From the NCBI GenBank assembly GCA_043815185.1, contig JBDRJF010000002.1:9828-73827 (forward strand): a stretch of DNA of 64,000 bases, written 5' to 3'. The translations under genes and the position numbers were made by a program. This document shows positions 17,654-27,226 of this stretch, piece after piece; position 1 is the first letter of the stretch, and each line of letters starts with the position of its first letter. The notes beneath the pieces were generated by a model. That model searched no databases. It was not told the origin of the DNA and worked only from the letters and a program-made list of their open reading frames with translations. Origin of the DNA: Candidatus Omnitrophota bacterium (lineage in GTDB: Bacteria > Omnitrophota > Gorgyraeia > Duberdicusellales > 4484-171).

Positions 17654-18820
17654 ATGGATAAAACAAAAATAATTCCGATAATTCTTTTGATCGTTATTTT
17701 AGGCGTCGGGTTTGTGGCGTTTACTTTCTATACTGACAAGGAAAATTTATTAGTCACGAATCATAAGCTACAAGGCGAGGTGGCAAGTTTAACCGAGGCT
17801 AATACTAACTTCCAATATAAATATACTAAACTTGATAAGGAAAAGGGTGAGATTGAGCGAAGGTTGTCAACGGTTACGAAAGAGCTTTCCAGTTTAGAAG
17901 CGGCGAGTGAAAATTGGAAAACGAAATGGAAAACGGTATCTAAGGAAAGGGATGAGTTGGTCGAGGAAGTAAAACGGGCAGCCAATAGAGTTCCAGCCGT
18001 AAGGGTTACCGAAAAAACAAGTTCCAGCGAAATCTCCGAAGATTACTGGGCTGATTTTGTTAAAGAAAAGGCTGCTTTGGAGGTAAAACTTGAAACTTTA
18101 AATAAAGCGCGTTTTGACGAGAAGAGCACGATAACAAAATTAGAAAGAGAGAATAAAGAATTAAGTATTCAAGCAGACCAGTTAGCTAAGGAGAAAGCAA
18201 GATTTTTAGAAGAGATAAAATTTAAGGAAAGAACTTTACGTATTATGAGTTTGGATTTGGTAACCGAAAGAGAAACCAGAGGTAGTTCTGTCGATGAATT
18301 AAAAAAATTACGTAGCGAAAATGTTGATTTAAAGAGAGAATTGGTTGTAGCCAACAAAGGGTTAATGAAATTAGAGGATAAATTGAAAGAAGTTATACTT
18401 AAGAAAGAATCTCTGGAAAATCAAATTGCTGATGCCGATAGTATTTTAAGAGATAAATCTTTAGCTTTTGAAGAGTTGCAGGAGCAGCTTGTTCAGACAG
18501 TCAAGGCCGGTAAAAAAATTATTAGCAATGAGTCAGCTTCGGTAGAGTTACCCCCGATTATAGTAAAACCTACTGCTTCTGGATTGAAAGATGTACGCGG
18601 TGAGGTTATTGCTGTGAATTATGAAGAGAAATTCATAGTTGTAGATATAGGAGAATCGGCGGGTTTAAAGCCCGGTGCTTTATTGAAAATTATACGTAGC
18701 GGCAAAGAAATCGGTACAGCCGAAGTCATTGAAACCAGAAAAGAAATATCCGCAGCAGATATAAAAGAAGTAGTTGGCGGTCATACCATCCAGGAAGGTG
18801 ACACCGCCATAACTCAATAA
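17654..18820 (+). CDS. Membrane-anchored coiled-coil protein with a small C-terminal beta domain; function unknown
   Basis: One N-terminal TM helix (IIPIILLIVILGVGFVAFTFY), then about 270 aa of heptad-like E/K/L-rich sequence. The C-terminal ~75 aa are a beta-rich domain (GEVIAVNYEEKFIVVDIGESAGLKPG...). The start is set at the Met after the SD, not at 17540. Confidence 0.6.
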   Translation: MDKTKIIPIILLIVILGVGFVAFTFYTDKENLLVTNHKLQGEVASLTEANTNFQYKYTKLDKEKGEIERRLSTVTKELSSLEAASENWKTKWKTVSKERDELVEEVKRAANRVPAVRVTEKTSSSEISEDYWADFVKEKAALEVKLETLNKARFDEKSTITKLERENKELSIQADQLAKEKARFLEEIKFKERTLRIMSLDLVTERETRGSSVDELKKLRSENVDLKRELVVANKGLMKLEDKLKEVILKKESLENQIADADSILRDKSLAFEELQEQLVQTVKAGKKIISNESASVELPPIIVKPTASGLKDVRGEVIAVNYEEKFIVVDIGESAGLKPGALLKIIRSGKEIGTAEVIETRKEISAADIKEVVGGHTIQEGDTAITQ

Positions 18821-18824
18821 ACTT

Positions 18825-19817
18825 GTGTCTTCTTCCAACATTACCATAAAGGATGTGGCCCGCAAAGCAGGGGTTTCGATTGCTACTGTTTCCCGTTTTC
18901 TCAACAACGCCTTCCCAAAAGAAGAAAACCGGCAAAGAATCGAAAAGGCAATTAAAGAGCTTAATTACCAGCCGCTGCTTTATGCCCGCCGTCTAGCCGG
19001 AGGCAAACTTGATACCTTTGGTTTAGTTATTCCCGGTTATGAGGGTATTTTTTATTCTTTTTATGCTCTGGAGATAATACGCGAAGTAGCGGCATCATTA
19101 GGAGCTAAGGGTATTGATTTACATCTCAATGTTTTCTGGGGTAAGGATAATTTCAAAACTTCTCTTATTGACGGGGTTATAATGGCTGATATTATTGGTA
19201 ACGAGAATCAGCTGAGGAGATTGATTAAAGAAGAAATTCCCTTGGTAGTAATAAACTGCAAAGTTGAAGATTGTGATGCAAATTGTGTAGCGATAAATAA
19301 TTTTAAAGGTGCATACGAGGCAACAGAATTTTTGCTTCATCACGGGCACAAATATCTTGCCCATCTTGCTGGTGATATGCGTGTTCAATGCGCTCAAGAA
19401 AGAGCAGAGGGGTATAAATTAGCTTTAGAGAAGAACGGAATAACTCTGCCTAAGACCTATATCCAGGCTACGAATTTTTCCCGTAAAGATGCTCGAGCGA
19501 AGTTGGAGGAGTTGTTTTCTCTCAAAAATCCCCCCACAGCTATATTCTGCTGTAGTGATGAGGTTGCAAGTGAAGTTTTGAATTTCGCTGAAGAAAAAAG
19601 AATTGAGGTTCCTAAAGACTTAAGCGTTATCGGGTTTGACGATAACCCCCATTGTCTTTACGGAAACCTAATGCTTACTACAGTGAGGCAACCTTTAAAA
19701 GCAATGGTTTATCAGGCTGTGAAAATATTAAGAGAAAACATCGAAAGCAAACAACCTTCCCGGAAGATAGTTCTGGACACAGAACTTATTATTCGTGACA
19801 CAGTAAGTTTTATATAA
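18825..19817 (+). CDS. LacI-family transcriptional regulator
   Basis: N-terminal HTH (ITIKDVARKAGVSIATVSRFLNN) followed by a periplasmic-binding-protein-like sugar-binding fold. GTG start. Confidence 0.85.
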   Translation: MSSSNITIKDVARKAGVSIATVSRFLNNAFPKEENRQRIEKAIKELNYQPLLYARRLAGGKLDTFGLVIPGYEGIFYSFYALEIIREVAASLGAKGIDLHLNVFWGKDNFKTSLIDGVIMADIIGNENQLRRLIKEEIPLVVINCKVEDCDANCVAINNFKGAYEATEFLLHHGHKYLAHLAGDMRVQCAQERAEGYKLALEKNGITLPKTYIQATNFSRKDARAKLEELFSLKNPPTAIFCCSDEVASEVLNFAEEKRIEVPKDLSVIGFDDNPHCLYGNLMLTTVRQPLKAMVYQAVKILRENIESKQPSRKIVLDTELIIRDTVSFI

Positions 19818-19869
19818 CACTGTTTTTTAGTTATTAGCTAAAAATAGTGGGAAGCTATACGCCTTATTT

Positions 19870-19916
19870 TATCAATATATTGGGTTTGTCGGTATCCTAA
19901 CTACTACATATTGTAT
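19870..19916. promoter_or_regulatory. Two NrdR-box-like 16-mers with centres 31 bp apart
   Basis: TATCAATATATTGGGT (19870-19885) and CTACTACATATTGTAT (19901-19916), compared with the published NrdR consensus acaCwAtATaTwGtgt. The core positions match in both. They lie upstream of nrdJ. Confidence 0.5.
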
Positions 19917-19924
19917 TTTTCTTC

Positions 19925-19953
19925 TTGACGCCGGGCCTTGGGCATGGTAAAAA
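19925..19953 (+). promoter_or_regulatory. Candidate nrdJ promoter: TTGACG, 17 bp, TGgTAAAAA
   Basis: TTGACG at 19925-19930, with a spacer ending in TGg, and TAAAAA at 19948-19953. Confidence 0.35.
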
Positions 19954-20012
19954 AAAGAGTCTTATCATTTATTTACCTCAATAGATTCTTTTAAAAAATA
20001 AAAAGGGGGGTT

Positions 20013-23000
20013 ATGGAGACATTGAATTTTTCTTCCAATGCGATTGTCGTATTGAGAAAACGTTATCTTAAGAAAAATGACCAGGGTAAGGTCATTGAGA
20101 CTCCCAAGGAGTTGTTAACCAGGGTGGCGAAAGCTATTGCCGGGGCAGAGAAGCAATACAGTGCTGGGACAACAAGCTTAAAGGAGAGAGAAGAAGCATT
20201 TTTTGAAATGATGATGAATTTAGAGTTTATGCCCAACTCTCCTACTCTAATGAATGCCGGTAAAGACTTGGGGCAGCTTTCGGCTTGTTTTGTTGTCCCG
20301 ATTAAAGACTCCATGGAGTCTATTTTTGATGCAATAAAAGCGACTGCGCTTATCCATAAAACCGGTGGCGGTACTGGTTTTAGCTTCTCGCGTCTGCGCG
20401 CTAAAAATAGCGTAGTCAAATCTACCGGTGGAGTGGCTTCCGGCCCGGTTTCGTTCATGAAAGTTTTTGATTCTGCTACTCAGGCAGTGAAGCAAGGAGG
20501 CACTCGCCGCGGAGCTAACATGGGGATTCTAAGAGTAGATCACCCTGATATTTTAGAGTTTATAAAGTGTAAAGGAAAAGAAGGAGAGATATCTAATTTT
20601 AATATTTCCGTAGCCTTAACCGATGATTTTATGGAGAAGGTTTTGAAGGAAGAGAATTACCAATTGATTGATCCTCATGACAACAAAGTTGTCGGTGAGT
20701 TAAATGCCAGGGAGGTTTTTAATACTATAGCTGTTTATGCCTACAATAACGGAGAGCCGGGAATTATTTTTATCGATAGGATCAACAAAGATAATCCTAC
20801 TTCTAATTTGGGTAAAGTTGAAAGCACTAATCCCTGTGTTAGCGCGGATACCTGGATAATGACTAAAGAGGGGCCAAGACAGACAGTAGAGCTTTTGGAG
20901 AAGAAATTTATCGCGATAATTGATGCAAAAGAATATGAAAGTACTTCCAGGGGGTTTTTTGAGACAGGTGTTAAGTCAGTATACAAATTAAAGACAAAAG
21001 AAGGATTTGAGATTCGCACTACTTTGGACCATCCTTTTTTAAAGACCAGTTATAAATCCAGGGATAGAATAGAAACCGAGTGGGCATCTTTAGATTCTCT
21101 TGGGGCCGGCGATAGGATTTTGTTAAATGACCACACATCCTTAGAAGGGTGGAAGGGCAATTTTTCTTTTGATGAAGGGTACTTGACAGGGCTTATTTTA
21201 GGTGACGGCACTCTCAAAAAAGATAAAGTTATTATTTCTTCTTGGGGAAAAGACAAGGGGTCTTTTTCTGTAAGAGAAGAGGTTTTTTCAATAACTGAAT
21301 CTTTTCCTCACAGAAAAGATTTTAAAGGGTGGGTAGAGGTAAAAGGAAGAAATGAATATAGATTATCCTCTGCTTATCTTAAAGATATTTGTTCAAGGGT
21401 AGATTTAGTGACTCAGCCTAAAAAGATAACTGAATTAGCAGAAAAAGCTTCTTCGGAGTTCTGTCGAGGGCTTTTGAGAGGGTTATTTGATGCTGATGGT
21501 TCAGTTCAAGGAACACAAGAAAAAGGGGTATCGATAAGGCTTTCTCAAAGTGATTTAGAACTGCTTAAATGTGTACAGCGAATTCTTCTTCGTTTGGGAA
21601 TTTTTGCGAAAATTTATAGTTATCGGCGCGAAGAAGGCAAGAAGAGCATGCCCGACGGGAAAGGAGGGTATAAAGAATATTTTATTAAAGCTCAACATGA
21701 GCTTATAATTTCAGAAGTGAATATTCTAGAATTTTCAAAGAAAATAGGTTTTAAGAACTTCCAAAAAGCAAAAAAGTTGGAAGAGAATCTGCAGAATTAT
21801 AAAAGAAAATTAAATAAAGAATTTTTCTTGGCTACCATTGAAGGCTTAGAGTTTGAAGGTATGGAAGAAGTTTACGATGTTCAGATTCCCGGGGTAAATA
21901 TGTTCGATGCCAATGGTTTTAAAGTTCACAATTGCGGCGAACAACCGCTCTTACCTTATGAGAGCTGTAATCTTGGTTCGATTAATCTCTTCAAAATTCT
22001 CAAGAAGAAAGAGGATAGTTTTGAGATAGATTGGAAAAAATTCGAAAGGATTATCAGGCTTTCAGTAAGATTTTTAGATAATGTTATTGATGTCAACAAA
22101 TTCCCTCTTCCTCAGATTGAAGAGAATACTTTAAAGACAAGGAAGATCGGTTTAGGAATTATGGGTTGGGCAACCATGTTAGGGTTTTTAGGCATCCCTT
22201 ATGATAGTGAGGAAGCAATAGATTTAGCTAAGGAAATAATATGTTTTGTTCGCAGTGTCAGCGAAGATGCCTCAGTTGCTTTAGCTAAGGAGCGAGGTGT
22301 GTTTCCGGTTTGGGAAGGGAGCTCTTGGCATAAAAAGGGGATAAAGGTAAGGAATGCAACCTTGACTACGATTGCGCCTACCGGAACAATAAGTATTATT
22401 GCTGGTCCAACTGCTTCTGGCATCGAACCAAATTTCTCTCTGTGTTATTTTCGTAATGTTATGGAAGGTGAAAAACTCCTTGAAGCAGATCCGGCCTTTG
22501 AGTATGTAGCAAAAAGAGAAGGGTTTTATTCAGAAGGATTGATGAAGAAAATAGCTGCCGGTGAGAGTATTCAGAAGATGGATGAAGTTCCTGATAGGGT
22601 AAAACGGGTTTTTAAAACTGCCATGGATATCCCGCCTCTCTGGCATATAAAAATGCAGGCTGCTTTTCAGGAATTTACCGACAATGCTGTTTCTAAAACA
22701 ATAAATTTACCCAATAGTGCTACCTTGGATGATATAAAAGAAGCTTATCTACTGGCTTATAAGTTGAATTGTAAAGGGATTACCGTCTATAGAGACGGGA
22801 GTAGAAGCGTTCAGGTCCTTACCGTGGATAGAAAGAAGAGTGAAGAAGCGGATAAAGAGGCCGATAGCTATTCGGTAGTTATCCCTTATCCTAAACCCAG
22901 GCCCGAGGTTATCTTAGGAACTACTACCAAGGTAACTACCGGCTGTGGTAATCTTTATATTACGGTTAATCAAGACGAAGAAGGAAAATTTTTCGAAGTC

Positions 23001-23393
23001 TTTACTCAGATGGGCAAGGCTGGAGGTTGTGCTGCTTCTCAGCTTGAGGCAGTAGGCAGGTTGGTTTCCCTTGCTCTTCGAGGCGGGATTGATGTAAAGG
23101 TTATTGTTGAGCAACTTAAAGGTATAAGATGCCCTTCTCCTTCCTGGGATAAGGGTAAAAAAATCTTTTCCTGCGCTGATGCTATTGCTTGGGTGTTAGA
23201 AAAAAGAACTGTAGATCAAAAGGAAGCAGTTAAGGTGGAAGCGTTGCCTTCGCAGAAGAGGGAAGAAATCAGCTTAGTTGTTAATAAAAAGAAGTTTAGT
23301 AGCGTTGTAGGAGTCTGCCCGGATTGCGGTTCAGCCCTTCGGCATCAAGAAGGATGTCTAGTTTGTGCCGGCTGTGGATATTCAAAGTGCTAA
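20013..23393 (+). CDS. nrdJ: Adenosylcobalamin-dependent (class II) ribonucleotide reductase NrdJ, interrupted by an intein
   Basis: Class II RNR motifs are present, including a split TNP|CGEQPLLPYESCNLGSINL and a C-terminal Cys-rich tail CPDCGSALRHQEGCLVCAGCGYSKC. The mature extein is about 760 aa once the intein is removed. Confidence 0.9.
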   Translation: METLNFSSNAIVVLRKRYLKKNDQGKVIETPKELLTRVAKAIAGAEKQYSAGTTSLKEREEAFFEMMMNLEFMPNSPTLMNAGKDLGQLSACFVVPIKDSMESIFDAIKATALIHKTGGGTGFSFSRLRAKNSVVKSTGGVASGPVSFMKVFDSATQAVKQGGTRRGANMGILRVDHPDILEFIKCKGKEGEISNFNISVALTDDFMEKVLKEENYQLIDPHDNKVVGELNAREVFNTIAVYAYNNGEPGIIFIDRINKDNPTSNLGKVESTNPCVSADTWIMTKEGPRQTVELLEKKFIAIIDAKEYESTSRGFFETGVKSVYKLKTKEGFEIRTTLDHPFLKTSYKSRDRIETEWASLDSLGAGDRILLNDHTSLEGWKGNFSFDEGYLTGLILGDGTLKKDKVIISSWGKDKGSFSVREEVFSITESFPHRKDFKGWVEVKGRNEYRLSSAYLKDICSRVDLVTQPKKITELAEKASSEFCRGLLRGLFDADGSVQGTQEKGVSIRLSQSDLELLKCVQRILLRLGIFAKIYSYRREEGKKSMPDGKGGYKEYFIKAQHELIISEVNILEFSKKIGFKNFQKAKKLEENLQNYKRKLNKEFFLATIEGLEFEGMEEVYDVQIPGVNMFDANGFKVHNCGEQPLLPYESCNLGSINLFKILKKKEDSFEIDWKKFERIIRLSVRFLDNVIDVNKFPLPQIEENTLKTRKIGLGIMGWATMLGFLGIPYDSEEAIDLAKEIICFVRSVSEDASVALAKERGVFPVWEGSSWHKKGIKVRNATLTTIAPTGTISIIAGPTASGIEPNFSLCYFRNVMEGEKLLEADPAFEYVAKREGFYSEGLMKKIAAGESIQKMDEVPDRVKRVFKTAMDIPPLWHIKMQAAFQEFTDNAVSKTINLPNSATLDDIKEAYLLAYKLNCKGITVYRDGSRSVQVLTVDRKKSEEADKEADSYSVVIPYPKPRPEVILGTTTKVTTGCGNLYITVNQDEEGKFFEVFTQMGKAGGCAASQLEAVGRLVSLALRGGIDVKVIVEQLKGIRCPSPSWDKGKKIFSCADAIAWVLEKRTVDQKEAVKVEALPSQKREEISLVVNKKKFSSVVGVCPDCGSALRHQEGCLVCAGCGYSKC
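20835..21932 (+). mobile_element. Intein (366 aa) with a LAGLIDADG homing-endonuclease domain
   Basis: Starts with Cys (CVSADTWIM) and has block B TTLDHPF. It carries two LAGLIDADG motifs (LTGLILGDGTL and LLRGLFDADGSV). It ends in VHN followed by the +1 Cys of NPCGE. It is in frame and 1098 nt long. Confidence 0.85.
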
Positions 23394-23394
23394 A

Positions 23395-23473
23395 GAGTAC
23401 AGGGGTGAATCAGTGGATGAGTAAAAGAGTATAAGGGTCACACTTAGACTCATCTACCCATGTACCGATTCAC
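23395..23473. other. Imperfect ~80-bp inverted-repeat region downstream of nrdJ
   Basis: GTGAATC (23405-23411) pairs with GATTCAC (23467-23473). GATGAGT (23416-23422) pairs with ACTCATC (23448-23454). No U-tract follows. Confidence 0.3.
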
Positions 23474-23499
23474 TCATTTACAAGTAATGGAGTTGTTGA

Positions 23500-24246
23500 A
23501 TGATTAAATTAGTTTTATTAAGGCATGGTGAGAGTATTTGGAATTTAGAAAATAGATTTACCGGTTGGACTGATGTAGGACTATCTGAAAAAGGCCTGGC
23601 TGAAGCACATTCATCAGCTGAATGGTTAAAGAAAGAAGGGTTTAGCTTTGATATCGCCTATACCTCAGTGCTTAAACGGGCAATTTCAACCCTTTGGATA
23701 GTCTTAGAAGATATGGATTTAATGTGGATTCCGGTTCAAAGGTCTTGGCGTCTTAATGAGCGTCACTACGGAACACTGCAGGGTTTGAATAAATCAGAGA
23801 TGGTTCAAAAGTTCGGGGAGGAACAAGTACTAATTTGGCGAAGAAGCTATGATATTCAACCTCCGGCTTTAACCGAAGACGATCAGCGTTTTCCCGGGAA
23901 GGATCCCCGTTATGAGAATTTAACTTTCCAGGAGCTTCCTCTAACTGAGTGCTTAAAAGATACTGTAAATAGATTCCTGCCTTTTTGGCATGAGACTATT
24001 ACCCCGGTCCTTAAGGACGGTAAACGGGTTATTGTTGTTGCCCACGGGAATAGTCTCCGGGCTTTAGTTAAATATTTAGATCAGGTCCCTGATGCTGAGA
24101 TAGTTAAACTCAACATACCTACGGGAATACCTTTGGTTTATGAGTTAGATAAGGACTTAAGGCCGATTAAACACTACTACTTAGGGGATCCGGAAGTTAT
24201 CAAGAAAGCTATTGATGCTGTAGTTAAACAGATTAAGAAAGGATAA
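23500..24246 (+). CDS. gpmA: 2,3-bisphosphoglycerate-dependent phosphoglycerate mutase
   Basis: [12 protein letters not shown] (RHGE catalytic motif), the conserved [10 protein letters not shown] and [12 protein letters not shown]. Confidence 0.9.
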   Translation: MIKLVLLRHGESIWNLENRFTGWTDVGLSEKGLAEAHSSAEWLKKEGFSFDIAYTSVLKRAISTLWIVLEDMDLMWIPVQRSWRLNERHYGTLQGLNKSEMVQKFGEEQVLIWRRSYDIQPPALTEDDQRFPGKDPRYENLTFQELPLTECLKDTVNRFLPFWHETITPVLKDGKRVIVVAHGNSLRALVKYLDQVPDAEIVKLNIPTGIPLVYELDKDLRPIKHYYLGDPEVIKKAIDAVVKQIKKG

Positions 24247-24321
24247 GATTTTTGTTCCTTCAAAGGTAAAATATCTATTAGCTGTTCCTGCCGACAAAAC
24301 ATTCCTTTTCTAAATAAATTA

Positions 24322-24330
24322 TGTTAAAAT
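24322..24330 (+). promoter_or_regulatory. Extended -10 element TGtTAAAAT, 8 nt upstream of the mnmG ATG
   Basis: TG at 24322-24323 and TAAAAT at 24325-24330. No SD lies before the ATG at 24339. The -35 is poor. Confidence 0.35.
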
Positions 24331-24338
24331 TATAACCC

Positions 24339-26171
24339 ATGGAAAGATACGATTGTATAGTAGTCGGGGCCGGCCATGCTGGAATAGAAGCCAGTTACGC
24401 TGCAGCCAGGTTGGGCTGTTCAGTGCTTTTATTAACCATTGATATTGATGCTATCGGTAAGTTATCTTGCAACCCGGCAGTGGGCGGCGTATCTAAGGGT
24501 AATTTAGTCAGAGAGGTAGATGCCTTAGGCGGGTTAATCGGTCAGATTGCTGATAAGTGCGCTTTAGGCTATCGAATTTTAAATAGAAGCAAGGGTAAGG
24601 CAGTCTGGTCTACCCGGGCCCAGGTAGATATGTTTTTTTATCCTGCGGTTGCCAGAAGTTTAGTAGAAAATAGCAAAAATATTACAATCTTACAAGCCAC
24701 AGTAGAAGATTTACTGATAAAAAATAAAAAGATATTTGGGGTCCAGACAAACTTTGGCCAAGTTTTTAAAGCGAAAAGTGTAATTATTTGTGCCGGGACG
24801 TTTTTAAAGAGTAAGATTCATATTGGGTTAAGTAGTTTTTCCGGAGGAAGGCTTGGCGAAGAGTCTAGTGATGAATTGTTTGCTAGTATCGGGAAGGCCG
24901 GGCTTAAAACCGAACACTTTAAAACCGGAACCTGTGCTCGTCTAGATAAACGGACAATTGATTTTTCTAAAATGGATCAGCAAATGCCAGAGGATGATGT
25001 TTTACCGTTTTCTTTCTTAAATAAGTCCATATCCGGAAATAATTTAAGCTGTTTTATAACTTATACCAATGAGAAGACTCATAAGGTAATTTTAAATAAT
25101 CTAAAATATTCACCGCTTTATACCGGAAAGGTAACCTCTAAGGGGGTAAGGTATTGTCCTTCTTTAGAGGATAAAGTAGTAAGATTTCCTGACCGCCGCC
25201 GGCATCAGATTTTTATTGAACCTGCGGGAAGAGAATCTTTTGAGGTTTATCCCAATGGTATCTCGACCTCTTTGCCCTTTGATGCTCAGGTTAAATTCAT
25301 CCGTACCATAAAGGGATTGGAAAAGGCTTCAATTTTACGTCCCGGCTATGGTATTGAGTACGGATTAATCGATCCCCGGCAGCTCTACCCTACGCTTGAG
25401 GCAAGGTCAATTTCGGGACTTTATTTAGCTGGCCAGGTAAACGGGACTACCGGTTATGAAGAAGCAGCAGCCCAGGGACTAATTGCTGGTATAAATGCGG
25501 CTTTGGGAATAAGAAAAAGCAAACCTTTTATTTTAAGAAGGGATGAAGCTTATATTGGGGTTTTGGTCGATGATTTAACTACTAAGGGAGTAGATGAGCC
25601 TTACCGGATGTTTACCTCGCGCAGTGAGTTTCGCCTTAGTTTACGTGAGAGCAATGCCGATTTAAGATTAGCTTCCTACGGACGTAAATTAGGGTTATTG
25701 AGTAAGGATCAATACCGGTTAATCTTAGATAAGAAAACCTGTATTGATAAGGCAATAAGGAGTTTGAAGAGTAAAAAAACTATTTTTGAAGGAAAGAAAC
25801 TTTCTCTGTTTGATCTTTTAAGAAGGCCAGAGATTAGTTTTAAAGAGGTTAAGAAGCAGATTGGGGTAGGAGTCGATGATTTGGGGTCAGCTCGGGAAGT
25901 AGAAGTGCAGGCAAAATATGAAGGATTCCTGCGGCGAGAATTGGCTTGGCAGAAAGAATTAAAAAATCTGGATAAGATAAAAATACCCAAAGTCGATTAC
26001 TCAAAAGTTCCTTCACTGTCGGTTGAAGTGGCTGAAAAATTACAAAAGTTTAAGCCCGATACCCTAGCTCAGGCTTTAAAAATAAGCGGGGTTACACCGG
26101 CAGCAATTTTAAGTGTCTATAATTTCATCAAGAAGAATAAAAGGGCATCAGTTCCAGATAGTTCCCAATAA
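24339..26171 (+). CDS. mnmG: tRNA uridine 5-carboxymethylaminomethyl modification enzyme MnmG (GidA)
   Basis: FAD-binding start [16 protein letters not shown] and a full-length GidA-like sequence of 610 aa. Confidence 0.95.
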   Translation: MERYDCIVVGAGHAGIEASYAAARLGCSVLLLTIDIDAIGKLSCNPAVGGVSKGNLVREVDALGGLIGQIADKCALGYRILNRSKGKAVWSTRAQVDMFFYPAVARSLVENSKNITILQATVEDLLIKNKKIFGVQTNFGQVFKAKSVIICAGTFLKSKIHIGLSSFSGGRLGEESSDELFASIGKAGLKTEHFKTGTCARLDKRTIDFSKMDQQMPEDDVLPFSFLNKSISGNNLSCFITYTNEKTHKVILNNLKYSPLYTGKVTSKGVRYCPSLEDKVVRFPDRRRHQIFIEPAGRESFEVYPNGISTSLPFDAQVKFIRTIKGLEKASILRPGYGIEYGLIDPRQLYPTLEARSISGLYLAGQVNGTTGYEEAAAQGLIAGINAALGIRKSKPFILRRDEAYIGVLVDDLTTKGVDEPYRMFTSRSEFRLSLRESNADLRLASYGRKLGLLSKDQYRLILDKKTCIDKAIRSLKSKKTIFEGKKLSLFDLLRRPEISFKEVKKQIGVGVDDLGSAREVEVQAKYEGFLRRELAWQKELKNLDKIKIPKVDYSKVPSLSVEVAEKLQKFKPDTLAQALKISGVTPAAILSVYNFIKKNKRASVPDSSQ

Positions 26172-27225
26172 AATCCGCAAATTTCTTAGTTGCATTAAGA
26201 GGGTAAAGATCTTTTTTTATCTTTCCCAGTTCGTTTTTCAGCCGCAAGTACTTTTCTTGGTTATCTAAATATTCTAAAGTTACTGCGGCTAGGTTTTTGG
26301 GGTTAGCCTGGTTTTGCAAGAGCTCATCAACAATCTTTCGTCCGGCCAGTATGTTAATCATGCCGATAAAATCAGCTCTTACCATTTGTCTTAAGATATG
26401 CCAGCTTATGGGGTTAAGTTTGTAGATTATGATGTACGGCACCCCTAATATGGCTATTTCCAGCGTAGCAGTGCCTGATGAGGTAATAATAAACTTTGAT
26501 TTTTTGATTGCTTGATAAGAGTGATCAATAAGGTCCATATTTGGCGATAATTTCTCATAAAAGCTTTTCTCCAAATTAGACGGTCTTATTATCTGAAATC
26601 GGTACCCGGGTAATTTCCTTTCGATAATCTTTTTTGCTTTTATCATTAATGGAAGGTGTTTTTTTACTTCGTTTTTCCTTGAACCGGGTAGAAAGGAGAT
26701 TAGGTCCTCTGGGTCCTCCGCTTCCTCCTTAATTATCTCTAAGAGAGGATGGCCAAAGTATAAGACATTCATGTTTTCATTTTTATAAAAAGTTTCTTCA
26801 AATTTAAAGATAACTACCATTTTATCCACATATCTTTTTATTACTTCTACCCGTTTCTTTCTCCAAGCCCAGACTTGAGGGCTTACATAGTAGAAGAGAG
26901 GGAATTTTCTATTGAGCGCTTTAGCCAATCTTAAATTAAAGTCCGGAAAATCGATTAGGATTATTAGATCCGGTTTAAGCTTAAAGATAGTTTCTTTTAT
27001 CTTTTTAAAGATATTAAACAGTTTTCCTAAGGAGGAAAGGACTTCGATGATTCCGCAGACTGAGTGCTCAAGGAGGTTAATTATCTGCTGGGAATGCCGG
27101 GCCAAAACCTCACCGCCGAAGGAGTAAATGTCAACTGAGGAAAATTTTTCTTTTAGCTCTTTACTTAAGAGCCCCCCATAGAGGTCACCTGACTTATCCC
27201 CGGCAACAATAACTATTTTTGGCAT
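26128..27225 (-). CDS. lpxB: Lipid-A-disaccharide synthase
   Basis: N-terminus [18 protein letters not shown] and a GT19-family layout. The 3' end overlaps the mnmG 3' end by 44 bp in convergent orientation. Confidence 0.9.
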   Translation of the reverse strand: MPKIVIVAGDKSGDLYGGLLSKELKEKFSSVDIYSFGGEVLARHSQQIINLLEHSVCGIIEVLSSLGKLFNIFKKIKETIFKLKPDLIILIDFPDFNLRLAKALNRKFPLFYYVSPQVWAWRKKRVEVIKRYVDKMVVIFKFEETFYKNENMNVLYFGHPLLEIIKEEAEDPEDLISFLPGSRKNEVKKHLPLMIKAKKIIERKLPGYRFQIIRPSNLEKSFYEKLSPNMDLIDHSYQAIKKSKFIITSSGTATLEIAILGVPYIIIYKLNPISWHILRQMVRADFIGMINILAGRKIVDELLQNQANPKNLAAVTLEYLDNQEKYLRLKNELGKIKKDLYPLNATKKFADFIGNYLELMPFYSS

Positions 27226-27226
27226 C

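Noticed and set aside
19818-20012. Possible cobalamin riboswitch upstream of the B12-dependent nrdJ
   Set aside because: No B12-box-like sequence or long multi-stem structure is visible. The region is better explained by NrdR-like boxes plus a promoter.
20063-20458. 131-aa minus-strand ORF; similar antisense ORFs occur at 13360-13749, 36477-36860, 38637-38921 and 40573-40899
   Set aside because: All lie entirely inside strongly supported + strand genes (nrdJ, lnt, ptsI, pheA, aroF). They show no motifs and are typical antisense open frames of AT-rich coding DNA.
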